Source: Octopus sinensis (taxonomy: Eukaryota). From it: a stretch of 64,000 nt of DNA. Shown piece by piece: positions 12,076 through 24,916 of the stretch. The position numbers and the translations under genes are program-made. The stretch is taken from the NCBI RefSeq assembly GCF_006345805.1, contig NC_043014.1, forward strand, positions 55,180,001 to 55,244,000, written 5' to 3'. The notes under the pieces were generated by a model that saw only the letters and a list, made by a program, of their open reading frames with translations, was not told the DNA's origin and did no database searches. Within the stretch, counting starts at the first letter, position 1; each line of letters opens with the position of its first letter.

Positions 12076-12613
12076 CTGCTTTGGTGTAAATGCATTGAAA
12101 AAAACAAGAATGTGTATAATGTTTGACTCTCCCTCGTATAACGACAGGCTTCTTTCAGTTTCCATCTACCAAATCTACTCACAAAGCTTTGGTCAGCAAA
12201 AGGCAAGAGCAGAAGGTTCCACCAATGAGACTGAACCCAGAACTATGTGGTGGGGAAGCAAGCATCTTAACACACGACCACGGCCAGTATTCAACACCAG
12301 TCTTTCCACTGCTCCTTTGTATTTCTCGGCCCAGGAAGGGTAAAAGACGACGACAATGTCAGCTTTCTGAGCTGGATTCGATGATTAACGATTGCGGCGT
12401 TCACCTGCAGAATTTCCTTGCTTTTAGCTCCATTCCCAATTAGGAGAATCGCACCGAGATACACCGTAAGTCTTCTCTTTCAGACTCACAGACATGAATC
12501 GTTAAGTTGCCGGTGTCATTAGAATGAATGATGTGTGGAAACGAGAATGGAATCAAATTCTAAGACTAAGAATCTCTCAAGCAGCCGATAAGAGAATTTG
12601 ATTGAGTGGCGGT

Positions 12614-12634
12614 GGGGGCGGGTGGGGGTGGGGG
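12614..12634 (+). other. Potential G-quadruplex
   Basis: GGGGG-C-GGG-T-GGGGG-T-GGGGG: four G-tracts with 1-nt loops. Confidence 0.6.
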
Positions 12635-12844
12635 TGAAAATCGATATAACAATTTCTGAAGCCAAAACAATATGATTTGGTATTTTTAGAACAGGAAGAA
12701 CAATTTTTTCCCCCTCAATAATTAAATGAAACAAAAAATAAAACTAAAAAGAACAAAACAGAAAGGAAAAAAAACAAAAAACAAAAACCATCAAACAAGT
12801 AGTTAGCAAATGTATAATAAGACACACCTGTGGGAAATTATATT

Positions 12845-12944
12845 GGGAGGGGAGGAGAGGAGAGGGGGGAGAGAGGTAGAGAGGAAGAGAGGAAGTAGGG
12901 GGGATGACAGAGGAAGAAGGTTGAAGAAAGAGTAATAGAGAGGA

Positions 12945-12976
<32 letters not shown>

Positions 12977-13357
12977 GAAAAAGAGAAGGATTGCAATAAA
13001 GAAAAAGAGAGAAGAAAAAGAGAGGGAAAAAGAGACAGTGAGACAGAGAGAGAGAGAGAGAGAGAAGGAAAGGAGAGGGGAGAAGAGAGAAAGACAGGTA
13101 GAGAGGAAGAGAGGAAGTAGGGGGGTATGATAGAGGAAGAGGGTTGAAAAAAGAGTAATAGAGAGGAAGAGAGAGAGAGAAAGAGAGAGAGAGAGGGGGG
13201 AAAAGAGAAGGATTGCAATAAAGTGAAAGAGAGAAGAAAAAGAGAGAGAAAAAGAGACAGTGAGAGAGAGAAAGAGAGGGAGAGAGAGAGGAAAAAAGAG
13301 GAGGATTGCAATAAAGTGAAAGGGAGAAGAAAAAGAGAGGGAAAAAGAGACAGTGAG

Positions 13358-13395
<38 letters not shown>
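12845..13395. repeat. Purine-strand (GA)-rich higher-order tandem repeat, ~2.5 units of ~190-200 bp
   Basis: GGATTGCAATAAAG recurs at ~12988, 13210 and 13302; GAGTAATAGAGAGGAAGAG at ~12930 and 13153. Confidence 0.85.
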
Positions 13396-13398
<3 letters not shown>

Positions 13399-13949
13399 AG
13401 CAAGTTATAATAATAAAAATAACCACATACACACACACACATAATCTGTTGTTTCAAATTATCCAATAAAAATTCTCATTATAATAAAAGGGGTCTACTG
13501 GGGGCTGGGGGAGGGGGCAGAGATATTATTACTTCAGAGCCCCCCCCCCCCGAGTATACTTTGCATGTTTTTCTTTATAACTGTTTTTGTCGGGGGGGGG
13601 GGGGGTTTGTAAATACTTGAAACTGTTTTACGAGTTGTGTGATTTGTGTGTGGGGTGGTGGTGGTACAGGGTGGAGCTGATGGGTGGTGGGGTGGTGGTG
13701 TTATGTGATCAGATTAAATCGTTAAAAAGAAAAGAAAGAAAGAGTGAAACTCAGGAAATTTTATAATTGGAAAATAAAAATGACAAAAATTAATTTAGCC
13801 TACCTGCTTTAAATAAATACATGTGTATACGTGCATGGGTGAGCGTAGACACCACCCACCCACCCACGCATTTTTGCTTAGTTTTAGCAAGTTACTGTGG
13901 CCATGCAAGGACACCATCATTAATACATACATATATATCATCATATATA

Positions 13950-14141
13950 TGGTTAATCCAAACATGAAAACACAAAGAGAAAACACAACAACATGAGGAC
14001 GTGGAACAAGTATAGTATTATTGGACGCTCAGGAAAGAAGGAGGGTTTAACGTTTCGAGCAGAGCTCTTCGTCGGAAACATAGGAGAAAGAAAGATCCAG
14101 AGAAGGGAAGACAGAGGAAAAAAAAAATCGCCAATGGTACA
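13950..14141 (-). mobile_element. Second ~190-bp Penelope-like terminal-repeat family with hammerhead-like motif
   Basis: Same architecture as 8882-9071 (pyrimidine run, motif, TTTCCTGAGCG, ..ATAC) but diverged sequence. Confidence 0.6.
14045..14079 (-). ncRNA. Minimal type I hammerhead ribozyme-like fold (variant core CCGACGA)
   Basis: Minus strand GTTT-CCGACGA-A-GAGC-TCT-GCTC-GAAACGTT-AAAC; helix I GTTT/AAAC. Confidence 0.55.
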
Positions 14142-14183
14142 CATGTATGTATGTATGTATGTATATAAATATATATATGTGTT

Positions 14184-14367
14184 TCATTCTTTTACTTGTT
14201 TCAGTCATTTGACTGCGACCATGCTGGAGCACCACCTCTAGTTGAAGAAACTGACCCCAGGACTTATTCTTTGTAAGCCTGGTACTTATTCTATCGGACG
14301 TTTTGGCCGAACCGCTAAGTCACAGGGATGTAAACACACCAACATTGGTTGTCAAGTGATGGTGGAG

Positions 14368-14372
<5 letters not shown>
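14184..14372 (-). mobile_element. SINE family A right half
   Basis: TTTTACTTGTTTCAGTCATTTGACTGCGACCATGCTGGAGCACC.. is the reverse complement of the A tail. Confidence 0.85.
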
Positions 14373-14451
<79 letters not shown>

Positions 14452-14453
<2 letters not shown>

Positions 14454-14612
14454 AAATACAAAATGGGACAAGAACGCAAAACAAGACAACAAAACATCCA
14501 GATAGATGATACAAAAAAACATGGATGGGTCATTCGAAGCCCTTTATCTTCAGTCAAGAACCGGATCATCCTCGCAATTTCGGCTGATTAATCTTGGGAT
14601 TGCTCCAATCTG
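14452..14612 (-). mobile_element. Family D short interspersed element (possibly Penelope-type terminus)
   Basis: GGGACAAGAACGCAAAAC..GGGTCATTCGAAGCC..TCTTCAGTCAAGAACCGGATCATCCTCGCAATTTCGGCTG is shared with 16364-16492 and 50448-50690. Strand assignment is tentative. Confidence 0.65.
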
Positions 14613-15804
14613 GCCATATACATATATATACACACACATATATATATATAATATACAAGATGTTATAAAAAAAGGAATGGAAAATCACACATCTTCAAAG
14701 CTTGTTTATCATCGTATTCCACACATGACATTCATGTCAGACTTCAGTTCTGCCACATGTTTCTGCTGCATAAGTGTCCTAATGTCCCTTCATGTAGCAT
14801 TTATGAGCAATCACTTGTTGCAGTTGCAGCATGTATTCATCATCCAGGGTAGACGTATCTACTGTGCAGATTCATTCAAAGTTGTACTCATGCGGGTGGG
14901 TGAGGCGAACTATACATTCACATACACATCACATCATCATCGTTTAACGTCTGCTTTTGATTATCTTGTCTGTGACGGTCAACAATCAATGTCCAGGTGA
15001 GTTGTTACGGATCACACTACCCCTAAGTGTGTATGCATGTGACCGGGGACAACAGGTGAACTTATCTTCCCACTGATGCTCTGGACATGATCTCTACACC
15101 TCTATAGTAGAGTGTGGTTTGATGGAGATTTGGCTGCTATTTCTAGTTAATTATGTAGCCACACGGAGACTCTCAGGTTGACTCATTAGCTAGCAGGATT
15201 CAGATATGGTGGGTGTTAGTAGTGTAATTGGCAATCAAGCTTGCCCCCATTTCAAACAAGCCTTGGTAACAATATCCCCCAAAAATTCCACAACTGCAGA
15301 TAAAAGGGAACCAAAATAATGGCCTATCTCAGTCAAGTAGCAGATAGGAGCAGTCGAGAACAGTTTAAAATAAGGGCCCTCACGTTTGTATTTCAAGATC
15401 AGCTGCAACTTGGACCCAAAATAAAACAGCTGAGAGGGGGGGGACAACAGAGGGAGGGGAACACTTTTTTTTTCATTACTTATTTTATATTGGGAGAGAT
15501 TGTTCTTAAATTGTTATTTTGATGCCACAGGTATAGATGCATACACCTATGTACATACATACATTATATATATATGTGTGTATATACACACATACATACA
15601 TACACACATATACATTTGCTTCTCTCTCATATATATATATATAGGTAAAAACGGTAAGGTAACAAAAGAAAGAAAGAGACCTCAATATTATGTAAATAGA
15701 GGAATTTATATATATGTATATATATAATCAAAATAAGCGACAAGGATATAATCACCCCATTTGATTGATATGGATAATACCATACCAAATTCTGGTGCCT
15801 TTAA

Positions 15805-16024
15805 CCCTTTTGTTACTAACCCGGCTGAAACCGGCTCTGGCTCCGTGTACAAATGTCTTGTTTTCATAAGTTTTGAATTAAAATCTTCCACCAAACCTTA
15901 ATCACAATTTATGTTCCTAAGATTAGCTTAATGATAACTAAGTTATTTTACTAAGTTCTTTGTTATATTTGAAGTAATTGAAAGAAACACAGAGCATCTC
16001 AACAGAAATACAGTAATGAAAGGG
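15805..16024 (+). mobile_element. piggyBac-like MITE (family P1)
   Basis: TTAA|CCCTTTTGTTAC ... GTAATGAAAGGG|TTAA; homologue at 17396-17602. Confidence 0.8.
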
Positions 16025-16363
16025 TTAACTTAAGTACCAAATTCATCTGAATCTATATATATATATATATATATACTCCACACAGTCTCCTGCACATACA
16101 TTTTGGTTGCCCTGTATTCTCTCTTCGCTAAATGAAATGTAGAAGAGGATAAAAGAAAGTACTTTAAAGTTTTTCTTTTTTTTTTTGAAGGTCATAAAGA
16201 GTGACAGTGATCTGCTGGCAGCAGCCTCTTGCAGGTTTTCAAAGAGAAAGAGGAAGAAGGAAAGAGTAAAACAAAAGAACTCAAAGCTATAAATATCACA
16301 CACACACACACACATATATAAAGACAAATGTATGCGTGTACATAAAGACATATACACACACAT

Positions 16364-16590
16364 TATATGTAGAAAAATGCAAACTGGGACAAGAACGTAA
16401 AACATTTAGAAGATGATACGAAATACACGGACGGGTCATTCGAAGCCTTCAATCTTCAGTCAAGAACCAGATCATCCTCGCAATTTCGGCTGGACTGAAG
16501 ATTGAAGGTTTTGAATGTCCTGTCCGTGTATTTTGTATCGTCTTCTAAATGTTTTACGTTCTTGTCCCAGTTTGTATTTTTCTACATATA
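16364..16590. mobile_element. Family D fold-back (inverted pair)
   Basis: Arms 16364-16461 and 16493-16590 are reverse complements with few mismatches; 31-nt spacer. Confidence 0.85.
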
Positions 16591-16882
16591 ATATATATAG
16601 CGGCGCCCGTACCCTCTTTGGCCTTGTATGTATATACACACATATATACATATAGATTAATTATAAGGTTCATTTGAATCTAGGTACATCAACATGTAGG
16701 ACACCGGGACAGACCGGTTACCATAACATTGAGTTCACAGTAAGGTAAAACAACCACAAGGTATCATGTGTTGGCAGTGTGCTGCAGGGGTATGTACGTA
16801 CACACACACACACACAATGTATGTAGCCTGTTCTCACTGATTGTTTTAAGGTGTATGTAGTTGCAGGTAAACATTGTCTTTG

Positions 16883-17138
16883 AAGTTCTATATTCAAGAG
16901 ATGAGGAATTATGTACATTATTTACTTTATTTACATTTGACGGATATTTGTCCTCATCTAGTTTGTTGCTAACACAAACTTTTCGGCTGATATAGTCTCC
17001 AGCCTTCATCAGGAACGAGAACCCAGGTTCGAAATTCCCCCAAGACACCTGATGAAGGCTGGAGGCTATATCAGTCGAAACGTTGTGTTAACAACAAACA
17101 AGATGAGGACAAATATCCGTCAAATGTAAATAATGTAT
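16883..17138. mobile_element. Fold-back Penelope-like element with hammerhead, 10-bp TSD
   Basis: TSD ATTGTCTTTG at 16873-16882 and 17139-17148; inverted arms 16914-17013 and 17048-17137. Confidence 0.85.
17044..17089 (+). ncRNA. Minimal type I hammerhead ribozyme with canonical core
   Basis: GACAC-CTGATGA-A-GGCTG-(10 nt)-CAGTC-GAAA-CGTT^GTGTT; helix I GACAC/GTGTT, helix II GGCTG/CAGTC, palindromic ACGT helix III; predicted cut after 17084. Confidence 0.75.
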
Positions 17139-17224
17139 ATTGTCTTTGCAGTTCCACCCTACACCCAGCAGAATATCCAGGATGTGGCAGCTGGGAAGAA
17201 CAAAGGAGATGGGCTGAGCCATTC

Positions 17225-17370
17225 CAGCACCGAGATGGCACTCATTGACCTCTAGAGTGGACTGGTTCAACATAAAATGAAGTGCATTGTTCAAGGATAC
17301 AATTCCTGCTTCAGGAATTGAATCCACAATCTTATGATCATGAGCACAACACCCTAAACCACTAGGCCAC
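17225..17370 (-). mobile_element. SINE family E, degenerate
   Basis: Minus strand GTGGCCTAGTGGTTTAGGGTGTTGTGCTCATGATC..GGATTCAATTCC..GTATCCTTGAACAA. Confidence 0.7.
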
Positions 17371-17395
17371 ATGATATACTTATTTGTTCATTTAA

Positions 17396-17602
17396 CCCTT
17401 TTGTTACCAACCCGGCTGAAACCGGCTCTGGCTCTGAGTACAAATGTCTTGTTTTCATAAGTTCTGAATTAAAATCTTCCACCAAACCTTAGTCACAGTT
17501 TATGTTCCTAACACTAGCTTAATGATAACTAAGTTCTTTGTTATATTTAAAGTAATTGAAAGAAACTAAGAGCATATCAAATGAAATACAGTAACAAAAG
17601 GG
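17396..17602 (+). mobile_element. piggyBac-like MITE (family P1)
   Basis: TTAA|CCCTTTTGTTACC ... GTAACAAAAGGG|TTAA. Confidence 0.8.
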
Positions 17603-19135
17603 TTAATGTCAATTTTCCTTGCTAATATAGATCGAACAGTCATGTATGATTTTACATGCAGGATGCTCTTCCTGTTGTCAACCCTCACCTATTTTTTCAA
17701 GTACAGGATTTTTTTCTTATTTCACAAGTGTTCAAAAGTGCAGAGTGATTGGTCATAATGTCAGGAAGGAATGCAGACATTAGCGAAGTTGTGAAATGTC
17801 AACATGAAATTTAAATCTTCCCTCAAAATTCTGCACTAAACCCTTTAACATTTGACCCTTCGGCATTCAGATTATTCGGTCAAACATAACACTTAATCAC
17901 ATTGGTTTTGAATCAATCATGAATTATCTCATAACTTCAGATTTCAATGGTGTGATTGTTCATTTTTTGTAGAGTGATATTGTAGGGCAGGTGTGAGGGA
18001 CCAAATCTGGCCAGTGCCTCCCTTTTTTCCATGCTAGCATGGGTCAGATGAATACATTGTTGAGAGGGCCCTCCTGAAAGAAACTGAAGGAAATCTCTTT
18101 TACACACACAAAAGATTTTTCAGTTTCTATCAATCCCACAAATCTTTGGTTGGTCCAAGACTATATTAGAAAACACTTGTCCAAGGTGCTGTGCAGTAGG
18201 ATTGAACCCCAAACCACATGACTAGAAAAGGATGACTGATCCTTTTCTCCTTCTCCCCCCTACTAGACGTCATTAGCTATGCTGATCTTACTGCAGGAAC
18301 TTGCACTGCCCCTCCACTCTCATAGTGGTCCCCTCGTCTCTAAGCACAAAGCTGAACCTCCCCCCAACCCCCACTTACCACTGGGTTCATAGTCTTGTGA
18401 ACTGCATGGCAACCTCAAAAAAGGCACCTAGTTCATGCTGTAAAGTGGTTGGCATTAAGAAGGGCACCCAGCTATAAAAACCGTGCCAGAGCAGACATTG
18501 GGGCTCAACGCAGTCCTTGGATTCATTGGAGCCTCTTACACCATCCAGCCCATACCAGCATGGAACTTGGACATTAAACAACGATGACAATGATGATGAT
18601 GACAGCCATACATGCACCTAGTTATAACTTTAAGGCGCAGAACCCTTCCTGGAACCCAGTCCCACCTAATGTTCTTGTTGAAAAGATTTGAACCCAAGCC
18701 TACCAACAAAGTACTGAACACTACTACCAGCGACTGTTTGTCCTTCGTGACTCGAGCATTCACGTACAATTAGTGGTAGTGACATATTTCCATGTGCAAC
18801 GACATGCCCTCACATGTTTCTCGTAATGTTAATAGAGACGCAGATAACAATGCTCGGCTGGACAGGTTATCTTGTTAGGCTGACTTATTCTTACAAATCT
18901 ATTGATCTGGTACACACAGGAATGACGGAAAAACAAAATTTAATCACTAAGACACAAACAACAACAACAACAAAAGCATGAGATTAATGTTTTGGTTCTA
19001 GGTCAGTTCTGATCAAGAGGACTTTCGAACAAAAAATGTATTCCATCCATGACCACCCTGTCTTTATTTCAATAGAATATATCTGAGACTACATTATTCA
19101 ATGCAGCCTTGCTTCTTTTTTTCTTTTTTATTGAA

Positions 19136-19832
19136 CCCTTTAGCATTCGGATTATTCTTTCGTTGCCAGCCTTGCCTGGCCCCCGTGTCGGTGGCACGTA
19201 AAAAGCACCATCCGTTTGTGGCCGTTGCCTGGCCCCCGTGTCGGTGGCACGTAAAAAGCAAAATCCGTTCGTGGCCGTTGCCAGCCTCGCCTGGCCCCCT
19301 TGTGTCGGTGGCACATAAAAAGCACCATCTGTTCGTGGCCGTTGCCAGCCTTGCCTGGCCCCCGTGTTGGTGGCACGTAAAAAGCACCATCCGTTCGTGG
19401 CCGTTGCCAGCCTCGCTTGGCCCCCGTGTCGGTGGCATGTAAAAAGCACCATCCAATCATGGCCATTTGCCAGCCTCGTCTGGCACCTGTGCCGGTGGCA
19501 CGTAAAAGCATCCACTACACTCACGGAGTGGTTGGCGTTAGAAAGGGCATCCAGCTGTAGAAACATTGCCAGATCAGACTAGAGCCTGGTGCAGCCTCCT
19601 GGCTTCCCAGACCCCAGTTGAACCATCCAACCCATGCTAGCATGGAAAGAGGACGCTAAACGATGATGATGATGATGTAATGCTTATATATTCACATTAT
19701 TCTTAATTAATCCTGCATTATCTCATAGCTTTCAGAGTTTGATGAGGTGACTTATTTTTAAAATGACATTGAAGGGTAGACGTGAGAGGCCACATATTTG
19801 GGTCAGATATGGCTGGTTTAAAAGCTAATGGG
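19136..19832 (+). mobile_element. piggyBac-like MITE (family P2) interrupted by family C
   Basis: CCCTTTAGCATTCGGATT at 19136 and ..GCTAATGGG|TTAA at 19832; homologous to 25962-26407. Confidence 0.7.
19161..19677 (+). mobile_element. Family C copy with six ~60-bp tandem units
   Basis: Six CGTTGCCAGCC..GGCCCCCGTGTCGGTGGCACGTAAAAAGCACCATCC units, then the C core and (GAT)n. Confidence 0.9.
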
Positions 19833-20298
19833 TTAAGAGAGTGTGATTGCAAAGTGTTCTGGCTGTTGTTTCTAGCAAGTTGACTGACCATGTTGGAGGC
19901 TTCCTCATAGGCTTTCAAGATTTAAGTTTTTATCAAAGGGAGATGTGAGTTTTAGGGGATTTTTCTCCAATTTTTCTGAAAAGCACAAGAAACACGTGTG
20001 ACGTTAACAGACTTCAACGACTGGTCCGAACCAGCTTGTGAACTTGAAAGAACAAAAAGGATAGAAGAAAAACAACAACAAAAAATAAACAAAAAGAAAT
20101 GACAATGAAGAAGACAGAAAGGTCACCAATAACGATGGCAAAACACTGTGTATTTGAGTATTAGCTGTAGCAGCATTGCTGGTAATCTCTTGTTTGGACA
20201 CAAGGTCATGTTTTGCCAGAAGACAAACAAACAACCCTTTCGTTACCATATTGCTGTTGAGATGTTCTCTGTTTCTTTTAATTACTTTAAATCATCAT

Positions 20299-20893
20299 CA
20301 TCATCGTTTAACATCCGTTTTCCGTGCTAGCATGGTTTGGACGGTTTGACTGGGGTCTGGGAAGCCAGGAGGCTGCACCAGGCTCCAGTCTGATCTGGTA
20401 GTGTTTCTACAGCTGGATGCCCTTCCTAACGCCAACCACTCCGTGAGTGTAGTAGCTGCTTTTTATGTACCAGGGGAGGCTGGCATCGGCCACGTTCGGA
20501 TGGTACTTTTTACGTTCCACTGGCACAGGTGCCAGGGGAAGCTGGCATAGACCACGTTCGGATAGAGCTTTTTACGTGCCACCGGCACAGGTATCACAAC
20601 TACAATTTCCATTTGATATTTATTTTGTTGCTGATATACTTGACTCAATAGGTCTCCTCCTCAAGCACAGCAGGTCACCCTATGATCCAAGGTAAGCACA
20701 GCAGGTTGTTCTGCAATCCAAGGTACTTTGGATGGGCTGGGACTATCCGAAACTGGTGCAGGAAGCAGCCATGAACATTATTTGTCGGGTCTTCGCAGTC
20801 ACAGCATATCTGCAGAGATCTCGGTCTTTCGTCTTGGCCTCTGTGAGGCCCAACGTTTGAAGGTCATGTTTGACTACCTCATCCCATGTCTTC
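20299..20893 (-). mobile_element. 5'-truncated RTE-clade LINE: ORF end, 3' UTR (family C sequence) and (GAT)n tail
   Basis: Minus strand from 20892 translates KTWDEVVKHDLQTLGLTEAKTKDRDLCRYAVTAKTRQ, resembling RTE ORF C-termini (TW..VV..DL..LGL..M..DR..WR), and continues into family C. Confidence 0.75.
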
Positions 20894-20894
20894 A

Positions 20895-21058
20895 ACAAAG
20901 AATTTAGTAAAATAACTTAGTTATCATTCAGCTAGTGTTAGGAACACGAATTGTGACAAAGGTTTGCTGTGAGATTTTAATTCAGAACTTATGAAAACAA
21001 GACATTTGTACTCAGAGCCAGAGGTGGTTCAGCCTGGTTGGTAATGAAAGCGTTAACT
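20895..21058 (-). mobile_element. piggyBac-like MITE P1, partial
   Basis: Reverse complement of the 15805-16024 body. Confidence 0.7.
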
Positions 21059-21294
21059 CAACTCCAGTAAACATGGAGAGGACAACAATGTCAACACCAA
21101 TGGAAAAGTTTTTAACCGGAAATGAAGAAATAATATTCACCCCTTAACTGCAAAATTAAATTTCACGTTGCCTCAATAAATTTGGTATCTCAACCAAAAA
21201 ATGGTTCCAAACATGACACTCCTTAACAAAAGACAGACAGGTGTACAAAACTCTTTTCTGTAGTCAAGGGGAATGAAATTCTAAGTGGTTATTC

Positions 21295-21648
21295 TTTTAT
21301 TCTTTTACTCATTTCAGTCATTTGATTGTGGCCATGCTGGAGCAATGCCTTTTAGTCGAACAAATTGATCCCAGGACTTATTCTTTATAAGCCTAGTACT
21401 TGTTCTATCAGTATCTTTTGCCAAACCACTAAGTTACGAGGACGTAAATACACCAACACAGACACATATACATGTATATATATGATGGGCTTCTTTTCAG
21501 TTTCCATCTACCAAATCCACTCACAAGGCTTTGGTCGGCCCAAGGCTATAGTAGAAGACACTTGCCCAAGGTGCCATGCAGTGGGACTGAACACGGAACC
21601 ATGAGGTTAAGAAGCAAGCTTCTTACCACACAGCCACACTGTGCCTAT
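21295..21648 (-). mobile_element. SINE family A, diverged
   Basis: A tail, core and head on the minus strand. Confidence 0.85.
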
Positions 21649-22871
21649 ATCTGATTTTCACAGTAAAAGGATTAAACATGTTGAGATATTTAAGCCAGCA
21701 TCATTAAACCAAGTTTTGCATCATTTGCTCATCCACTTCACAAATATTTTTTTTTCTTTTGTGTGTGCTTTTAATGTGACCCATTAATTCTCAAAAAAAG
21801 ATCTCAAAGACCAGTTTCATGGTTTTAAGCAATAAAGAAATATATCGCCCAACAGGACAGGATGTCTGTCTATCACACGTGACATTACCAGATCATCCAA
21901 AACCTATTTCTGGCAGGTAAATTCAGGGAAGACAGAATTAAGTGTGTGTGATTCACAAAACACTTGCAGCAAATCTTTTTCTGATACTTTTACGGTTTTG
22001 TCAATAAAAGGAAGGGCAAAAATGCTTACAATTTCGTAGGTCTCCAAGACATATATGGAAAAAGAGGGGGAAAAAAAAATCAAGGAACCAGGTCGATACT
22101 GATCACAGCATTTAATCCCTTTCTATAGTCCAGCTAGAAGTCAGTAACCACAAATAGGCTTGCTAGTAAATAAAGTACACTCTTGACGTGTGTGTATGTA
22201 TATGTACACACACACATATCTTAAAAGGAGAATTAAACCTGTCTACTTAGCATTAAAAGGTAATAGAGTTCTGTTGGGGTGGGGTTTTTTTTCCATAATA
22301 AATGAGATATTTCTCTTTCTTACAACTGGAATCCCATTATTTGTTTCTTTCTCTTCTTTTTTTCTTGTTCCGTTTCAACACTGAATATTTTATTCGATTC
22401 CTGATTTCTGATTGCCAGCACGCCCACACTTTCATCTCAAATTGACCAGCAAAAGTAACCACACACACACACACCAACTCCTTCATAATCAGTGTGTATC
22501 CAAAGTAAGGAATGGTGCAATTTTCTTGGAGAAAACCACTCAAAGAATTAATTTTAGATAACCGAACAGAAATAGTTGCACGCATGTGCAATGATCTGAA
22601 CAAAAGGCCATTCCAGAACCAAGAAATTAATAATGGATGCACCACACACATACACACACAAATGCATGTACATATGCACACTTGCTCGCACAAATAAGTG
22701 CAAGCAAGTGTACCAAAGCATGCACAAGTAACGCATACGCACGACAATTTAGATTCAGACTCGTCACCTTGATGCTATTGGTTTACCTGCTGCAGGTATT
22801 CAGCCATATTACCAAGCTACCTTCCATCAAACACTAAGTGACAACAAAATACCTCCAACTAAAGAATTTCA

Positions 22872-23983
<1,112 letters not shown>

Positions 23984-24399
23984 AAAAAGAAAAAAACAGA
24001 AAATGTTTTTTTAAAAATCACTTTGGTTTCTGTTTGACACTTGGAATATGATCTAAGAGCTGCTGTTAGCACCAGAGCAGCTGCTACCATCTGCCATTAC
24101 CACCACCACCACCACTACCACCACCACTATCAGTACTATTGTCACCATCACCATTTTTAAGGGGTTTTTTTTTTTTTAGATTCTTTTTTCTTTTTTTTTT
24201 TGGCTTTCATTTCAATTTACTTGTATGGATTTAATTTATTTAATATCGGTTTCGGTGCATGTCAAGACGGGTAGTTGCAGAAAGCAGGAATTGTATTTTG
24301 CAGGAATTGCTCACACTGTTGCATGAACTTTGACCTCTGCACTGCTCCCAATTCAGTTTGGCTGTAAAATGAGATTGGCTCTGATTACAATCATCTCTA

Positions 24400-24545
24400 G
24401 GCAGGCAGGCAGGATGGATGATTGGATGAATGGCAGGATGGATGGCTGCATGGATGACTAGCTGGCTGGATGGATGGATGGATGGATGTGTCAAGCATTT
24501 TATGTAATTCATTATCCAATCTAATCTTATCCAATCCAATCCAAT
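24400..24545. repeat. (GGAT)n and (ATCCA)n simple repeats
   Basis: Directly visible. Confidence 0.85.
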
Positions 24546-24703
24546 CCTATTCTGACAGCCGGTTTGAACTCCCAACTTTTCGAGTCGACAGTTCAGCCCC
24601 TAAACCTTTCGATTACTACTCCATCCATAATACGAGCCAACAAGGAACCCTCTACAATGTGATTCAACCTGTTAGAAAAAGCAGCCAAATATTCCACATT
24701 ATA

Positions 24704-24874
24704 GACGCAGGAGTGGCTGTGTGGTAAGTAGCTTGCTAACCAACCACATGGTTCCGGGTTCAGTCCCACTGCGTGGCACCTTGGGCAAGTGTCTTCTGCT
24801 ATAGCCTCAAGCCGACCAAAGTCTTGTGAGTGGATTTGGTAGACGGAAACTGAAAGAAGCCTGTCGTATATATG

Positions 24875-24916
<42 letters not shown>

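Noticed and set aside
12744-13466. 157-240-aa S/L/F-rich ORFs
   Set aside because: Translation of the (GA)/(CT) repeat.
14690-14910. Possible decayed LTR-retrotransposon coding fragment on the minus strand
   Set aside because: Only vague similarity, with several stops and no diagnostic motif.
16493-16530. Hammerhead in family D (CTGAAGA..GAATGAC)
   Set aside because: GAAA is not present and helices I and III cannot be drawn convincingly.
19069-19566. ~60-bp repeat array and its 113-165-aa ORFs as a CRISPR or repeat protein
   Set aside because: Units are directly tandem with no unique spacers and no cas genes, and lie inside a family C element.
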